Positions 58,752 through 64,000 of a stretch of 64,000 nucleotides of DNA are shown piece after piece. Origin of the DNA: Dudresnaya verticillata (Eukaryota); assembly GCA_977862235.1 (NCBI GenBank), contig OZ374562.1:1860001-1924000 (forward strand). Direction: 5' to 3'. Below the pieces are notes generated by a model. The model was not told where the DNA came from, did not search any database, and saw nothing but the letters and a program-made list of their open reading frames with translations. The position numbers were made by a program, and so were the translations under genes. Every line of letters starts with the position of its first letter. Position 1 is the first letter of the stretch.

Positions 58752-59772
58752 TTATTTTCCACGTTTGTTAGCTTCTCTTTTCCTGGTTTTTCACTTTCTG
58801 CTTTTTCAATTATTTTCTCGGTATTCGACGTATTCGGTGTTGCTGTTTTCAAAGGCTGCTCAGCCTTATTTGGCTCAATGCTGGGCGGACTGGCGCTCAC
58901 TGCACACAAAAAATAAACGTTAGCGATCGAGTAGGCGATGCTACCAATTTGTCGCGGCTCAGATAGCACTGTAATGAATAAACTGACTGTTGGGTTTTTG
59001 GGTGGTTGATGAAAGCACGCGGTTCTTTTGACACACTGCTTGGACTCGCCGACTCAGAAGTTTTTGCTTCAGACTTTTGCGGCCTGCCTCCCTTTCTCTA
59101 AGAGAGTCGAGAGCAGACCTCCTTTATAGAATTCTAGTAGTTAGAGAAAGCTCGATGGAACTTACTAAAACTAGCACTTAATCTATAGACTGAGCAAAAG
59201 ACTACAATAAAGACTAAAGCGTTTGTAGATTGAAAATTCATTACAAAATGCTGAGGTCAGCTGCTATTATGGCGCTTTGCAATTTTGCCACTGTGCAGTT
59301 TTGTTACTGTTTGTAACAGTCAGCCCAGACTGGCTTCGCCTTCCGACCACCACTCCCACTTGGACGACGCCTACTGGCGAACAATATGGACGGTTTAAAA
59401 AATAAATCTACCCAATGGACGCGCGAAGCTGAGTTTGAATAATGGCGCGCATTTCGTAATCAGCTGACGAGCGGCCATGCAAAGCGATGCAAAAGCCATC
59501 TGCTACAAGAGGGTGGCCCTCCATATTGCACAAAAACTTGTGGCCATGGACGAGCAGACTCTCGTGCGCTGAGAGAGCCTAAAAACACATCGTTTAAAAG
59601 CCCTTGTTCTGCTTATTATGCAGGTCGACTCAGAAATAGACACCCTCTCGCAGCGTCATAGCAGCGCGCAGGCAAATAAAGCAGCCTAAAAAAGTCGTGC
59701 GGCACCAGCAAGACCCCCTCAATTGAACACAGATTTTATTGGGTGATGCAAAAAAATGCATTTCCTCACGAT

Positions 59773-61485
59773 CTATTGGGCCGAGCCTCCCGCTGCGCCT
59801 TCTGAGCTTGAGCGCGGGGTCGCTTTTAGCAGCGCTGCACATTCTGATGCTCTCCGCGCACGCTTTTGAAAAGTTCTGCGCTTTGCTATATCGCGACGAA
59901 GCCGCATAGAACGCGGGAGAACATTCGCCACGCCGTAGTGCGCAACCAGAAATGCCAACGCAACTTCAGCTGAAGCTATGCGCTGTGCTTTCGTGCTTTC
60001 GAACACCGCGCACTGCTTTGCGCTTTTCTCTGCTTCGCGCTTCTCTTTCTCTGCCCTCTTCGCCGCCTCCCGTGCGGCTTGCTGTTTTGCAATATGTAAA
60101 GCCTCGGTTGAGGTCAACAGCAAGCCATGGCAGGTATCCAAAAACCCGGAACGAAGGACTGCCGGCTGCAATCCCAAGCCGCGACGAGCCTCCTCCCTCT
60201 TTTTCGCAATCATAGCGACCATTTCCGCGGTAGACATGATCGTGTTGGGACGGTGCTCGTCCAGTGGGCGAGGCGTTGACAGTAGAACCTGAGCATTTAA
60301 CGGCCAAACTCCGGATTTACCAAACGCACCCATAATATTCGAGCGCGTGAACGCCCTCTCATGTGCATCCCGCAATATACGACAGTAGTCAAACACGTCG
60401 TAATCTCTTCCCTCTTCCCCGGAGCCGATACGCTCAATAACAGAACGAATGTGGGCCTTGAAAGGGGCGAATACTCCAACATCGAGCGGTTGCGTTGCCC
60501 CGCTACTGTGGGATGGTAAAGCGCAGGCGAGGATTCCATTGTCATGGAGCAGTTGCAGAGCGTTAAAGCGCATGTGGCTCCTGTACCCGTCCATTAGCAA
60601 CAAAATCTGTTGACCATCCGCACGACGAGGCGCAGTCTCCCAGACAAAGTGCTTCGCCCATTGCAAAAACAGCGCCGAATTGATCCCTGCAACGTCGTCG
60701 CGCCTCACAATCGTGCTATGTGCAGGCAGACAGTCCGCAAGAGACTCCGTGTACTGTATGCCGTCTTTCGCAATGGTCCGAAACTTCATATCCTTTCCCT
60801 TCACGACAAATAACGGCGAGCCGCTTTCACCACAAGCATAAATTACTGGAAGCATCGTGACGCGTTCGACATTCTTGAACTGAACCGTCCTTTTGACTCC
60901 AACCGAGCCGCGCGTCATGTACGCTTTCCTTTTTGTGCTCCGCCGCTGTTCCCCGACAGGAGACATACCTGTCTCGTCAATATTAGCGATATGATACGGT
61001 GAAATGCGATTGTCCTGGATAATGCGCTCGAGTGCTGCGAAATGGCTCGTGAGCACATTGGCGTTCGTGGCGCGGAAGCGCGACTCTTCTTCCGGGGACG
61101 GACGCCCAAGGCGAATGTCGGAACGATGACGTTGGAGGAAGAAGCGGAGAAATTTTCGTCCTGGCCGATTGTTGATGAACGGAAGTGCTTTCTGTCGTTC
61201 GAGTGGCAGCTTGGAGACCATGTACTGCACAGCATCTGCAATGTCCTCGCGGGTGACCGGCATACCTCGATCTGAGAACGTCTTAAGTGTGTCCACAATT
61301 GCTTGCTCCTCTTCTGGCGTAAGGTAGGTGCGTGTCTTCTTCTCATCGTTGCGATGGGTCAGCCGCCATTGGAATGTAGATAGCGGCAAGCGGGCGATTA
61401 AGGCAGCTTCCCGGCGCGTTGCGCCCTTGTCCACTGCAACGATTGCCCTTCGGAAGCTGCGCTCCGCTTTGCTCAAAGGGGCCAT
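59773..61485 (-). CDS. pogo/Fot1-type transposase (psq-like and CENP-B HTH plus DDE_1), apparently intact
   Basis: LTPEEEQAIV, PGRKFLRFFLQRH, NIDETG, LLMDGYRSH and TQPLDVGVF. ATG at 61485. Confidence 0.92.
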   Translation of the reverse strand: MAPLSKAERSFRRAIVAVDKGATRREAALIARLPLSTFQWRLTHRNDEKKTRTYLTPEEEQAIVDTLKTFSDRGMPVTREDIADAVQYMVSKLPLERQKALPFINNRPGRKFLRFFLQRHRSDIRLGRPSPEEESRFRATNANVLTSHFAALERIIQDNRISPYHIANIDETGMSPVGEQRRSTKRKAYMTRGSVGVKRTVQFKNVERVTMLPVIYACGESGSPLFVVKGKDMKFRTIAKDGIQYTESLADCLPAHSTIVRRDDVAGINSALFLQWAKHFVWETAPRRADGQQILLLMDGYRSHMRFNALQLLHDNGILACALPSHSSGATQPLDVGVFAPFKAHIRSVIERIGSGEEGRDYDVFDYCRILRDAHERAFTRSNIMGAFGKSGVWPLNAQVLLSTPRPLDEHRPNTIMSTAEMVAMIAKKREEARRGLGLQPAVLRSGFLDTCHGLLLTSTEALHIAKQQAAREAAKRAEKEKREAEKSAKQCAVFESTKAQRIASAEVALAFLVAHYGVANVLPRSMRLRRDIAKRRTFQKRARRASECAALLKATPRSSSEGAAGGSAQ

Positions 61486-61873
61486 GGTGGATGTGCTTTC
61501 GGTGACGAAAGCCGTCTTGGGAAGGTGCCTGGCAGCTGCGTGTGAGCTGAAATGCATGTGAAAAAGGCCGCTCGTGGTGCGGTTTTGGCGGAGTCTGGGG
61601 CAAGAAAGAGCGCCAAATCCGAATCTGTCCACCAATTTGCAGTGGCGGGAAGACTTCATTGTGTTCCGGTGGGTTCAAGGCGTCGGTACTGTACTGAGAT
61701 GAGGCCAAATCCTCTTTTTTACTAATTATTTATGAGATTTGTTCTGTTCAACGTTCGATACATTTGTGCAGTTTTAGGGGCCACCCCCTTGTGCCTTCTC
61801 ACAGTTCCCTCCCTCGTCGCCTTTGCTCACCGGCTGCTGGAACGTTTCGCGCACAAACGCTACCGCAATTGCA

Positions 61874-63298
61874 ATGTCTCCGGGACAAAACAATGAAATC
61901 AACCGCAGGCTCGCCGCTACCGCTCAGGCTGTGAACGAAGGACAAACTTTTCGAGCAGCGGCAGCTGCTTTTCGCGTCAGTGTCGGTACCCTACATCGCC
62001 GTGTGAAGCAGACGATCGACAAGCCTTCAGCGAGGCCCGGCAGGAAAATTGCCCTTCAACCCAAGGAAGAGCAAGTCGTCGTAGAGTTCCTGCTTCGCTT
62101 TGATCACCGAGGCATTCCGTTGACTCAAGAACATCTCCGGCAGGCTGTTAAAATAGTTGTCCACGGTATGTCTCCAGGAAGGCGTTTGCTACTGCCTTTC
62201 AAGAACGGCTCACCGGGCATTTCGTTCCTACGGAACTTCAGGAAGCGCCACCAAAATCGACTTGCTTTCTGCAAGCCGTTGCGTCAAGAGGCCAAACGTT
62301 TTTCAGCCGTAAACTGCGAGGTCTTAACAACACATTTTGCTACTTTGGAGAAATTGCTCAAGCAACACGCACTGGACACAAACCGGATATTCAACCTCGA
62401 CGAGAGCGGAGTTACGCCCGAGAGGGATATCAAAGTGGCATGTTCTCGCCTTCTCATGCCACGAAACGGATCCCGAGACATGCGCTTGGCAAACTTTAAG
62501 AAGATGGATCGCATTACAATGATGACCGTCATCTGTGCTAGTGGAGATACCGCTCCGCCTCTTTTCGTTTTCAAGGGAAGGAAGGTTCCGTTTCGCACCG
62601 TACTTCGGAACGCTGTGGTATTTTCAGAGGCTCCCATATGCAACCTACCCGCACATTCCACATGTGCATACCGTGAGGAGAATGGAAATGTTGATACGGT
62701 CAACTTTCGAAAGTGGGCATACCAATCCGTCAACCACGACCAACATCTAACCGCAACCGGTAAAGTACTTCTCATCTACGATGGTTATCGCGCACATCTT
62801 TCGTTGGAGGTTCTTGAAATACTGGGGCAGCACAATGTGATAGTGTACGCATTGCCAGCCCATACGTCCGGAAAAACACAACCGTTGGACGTGGTACTGT
62901 TTTCGTCATTTAAGAGGGCGCTTAGCCAGGTTACTGCGGAGTGTGCATTGGCAAGCCGAGACCTTGACATTTTTGACATGTGCAGTCTGCTTCGAGAAGC
63001 TTACTGTATCTCCTTTACTGGCAATAATATCAAAGCCAGCTTTCGTAGGGCGGGTATCTGGCCGTTGGACGCTTCAAGGCTACTGGGAGTGGAGCGGCCG
63101 CAAGATAACGGACACAATGCTCCCATTTTATGCGTGGAGGCTTTGGAGTCGGCATTCATGCGTAGGCGCGAGGAACTACGAGCCAAGATATTGGGGGAGG
63201 ATGCTGTTATTACAACAAGCGGGTATGTGGACACGACAAATGGGTGCGTAATGTGGCATAGCTGTAAGACCAGCTGTGCCACGCACGCCCAGCTGTAA
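61874..63298 (+). CDS. Second pogo/Fot1-type transposase, C-terminally truncated by an insertion
   Basis: NLDESG, LIYDGYRAH and TQPLDVVLF. Similarity to its neighbour ends at SGYVDTTNGCV (~63250). Confidence 0.9.
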   Translation: MSPGQNNEINRRLAATAQAVNEGQTFRAAAAAFRVSVGTLHRRVKQTIDKPSARPGRKIALQPKEEQVVVEFLLRFDHRGIPLTQEHLRQAVKIVVHGMSPGRRLLLPFKNGSPGISFLRNFRKRHQNRLAFCKPLRQEAKRFSAVNCEVLTTHFATLEKLLKQHALDTNRIFNLDESGVTPERDIKVACSRLLMPRNGSRDMRLANFKKMDRITMMTVICASGDTAPPLFVFKGRKVPFRTVLRNAVVFSEAPICNLPAHSTCAYREENGNVDTVNFRKWAYQSVNHDQHLTATGKVLLIYDGYRAHLSLEVLEILGQHNVIVYALPAHTSGKTQPLDVVLFSSFKRALSQVTAECALASRDLDIFDMCSLLREAYCISFTGNNIKASFRRAGIWPLDASRLLGVERPQDNGHNAPILCVEALESAFMRRREELRAKILGEDAVITTSGYVDTTNGCVMWHSCKTSCATHAQL

Positions 63299-64000
63299 GA
63301 CCAGCTGCGCCACGTGTGCACTGCTGTGCGCACGCTGTCAGCCGGTGGCGCCGAGGCCCCGCTGAACTGTAAGGAAGTGCGCAGTGGCGCGCGCAGCTGT
63401 AAGACCAGCTGCGCCACGTGTGCACTGCTGTGCGCACGCTGTCAGCCGGTGGCGCCGAAGCCCCGCTGAACTGTAAGGGAGTGCGCAGTGCCGCCCACGT
63501 GTGCACGCGTTCGCGTGTGACACTGAAACTCCCATGTAATTTCTACGTTTATTGTTTTGTAAGTGTACAGCACCGTCTAGTGTAAGCGGCGGTCGAACGC
63601 CCTGCTGTCCTGCGCGCTGTGCGCACGCACTCCGGCGCAGAGCCGTTGAGTGCGTGACACGCGCGCGCGCACTCCGGCGTCGAGCCGTTGAGTACGTGTG
63701 GACCGTTCCGCCTACGCGCGCCCCCGGGTTACCGCTACCCGTACGCGTCGACGCGTGTTGGGGCGCGCCGGCGCACCTCCCGGGTTGGTGCCGCCGCAGG
63801 CCCTGTAGTATATCTAGTAGTCGCCCCTCTGGGCTTCAGTAAACCAGGCAAGCCAGCCTACGCCAGGCTTGCCCTTTCTGCTTTGGGTTTCTTTCCCAGT
63901 CCTTCGCCCTACGGCTTCCCTCTTTCCCCAGCCGTCTAGGCTTTCCTTTTCCTTTCCCTACCGTCAGCTTCGTGCCGCCCCACGACGGGGACGCAGGGAT
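63248..64000 (+). mobile_element. LTR-like insertion running off the window end, related to the LTR at 6866-7638; includes a ~104-bp tandem duplication at 63290-63500
   Basis: 63660-64000 resembles the reverse complement of ~7055-7435 (CTAGGCTTTCC..GCTTCGTGCCGCCC..GGGACGC.GGGAT). The left boundary is uncertain. Confidence 0.65.

Larger units (their letters stand above)
53274..59318 (-). mobile_element. Full-length AT-rich chromodomain Gypsy element with an extra ORF upstream of gag
   Basis: 369-bp LTRs at 53274-53642 and 58950-59318 (2 mismatches seen). TSD GTCAG. PBS TGGTAGCATCGC at 58935-58946 and PPT AAGAGGGGAGGAG. Confidence 0.97.

Noticed and set aside
53200..61693. TIR pair for the minus-strand pogo transposase
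   Set aside because: A TA-CAGTAC end is plausible at 61691, but I found no convincing matching left end.

Overview
Eukaryotic, transposon-dominated genomic DNA. A red alga is plausible from the element types and compact intronless genes, but this is inference. Five two-LTR retrotransposons can be delimited from paired LTRs and target-site duplications: Copia 7891-13107, Gypsy 20089-25548 (-), Gypsy 29144-45862 with a nested Gypsy 30784-43031, and Gypsy 53274-59318 (-). There is also a deleted Gypsy with a single LTR flanked by both PBS and PPT (~3260-14000), Harbinger/ISL2EU-type and pogo-type DNA transposon genes or relics, and a few candidate host genes: a casein kinase 1-like kinase, a tandem peptidoglycan-binding-domain protein, a U1-type zinc-finger protein and two short ORFs. 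The most notable observations are (i) an extra ORF upstream of gag encoding two C-x2-C-x12-H-x5-H zinc fingers in the 53-59 kb Gypsy, mostly missed by the ORF track; (ii) an intact 625-aa antisense ORF in the 3' region of the nested Gypsy; (iii) a bacterial-type peptidoglycan-binding gene separated from its putative TATA box by an LTR insertion and bracketed by diverged inverted repeats; and (iv) two related Gypsy elements with a palindrome in place of a tRNA primer-binding site. All family assignments come from motifs read by eye; no searches were run.
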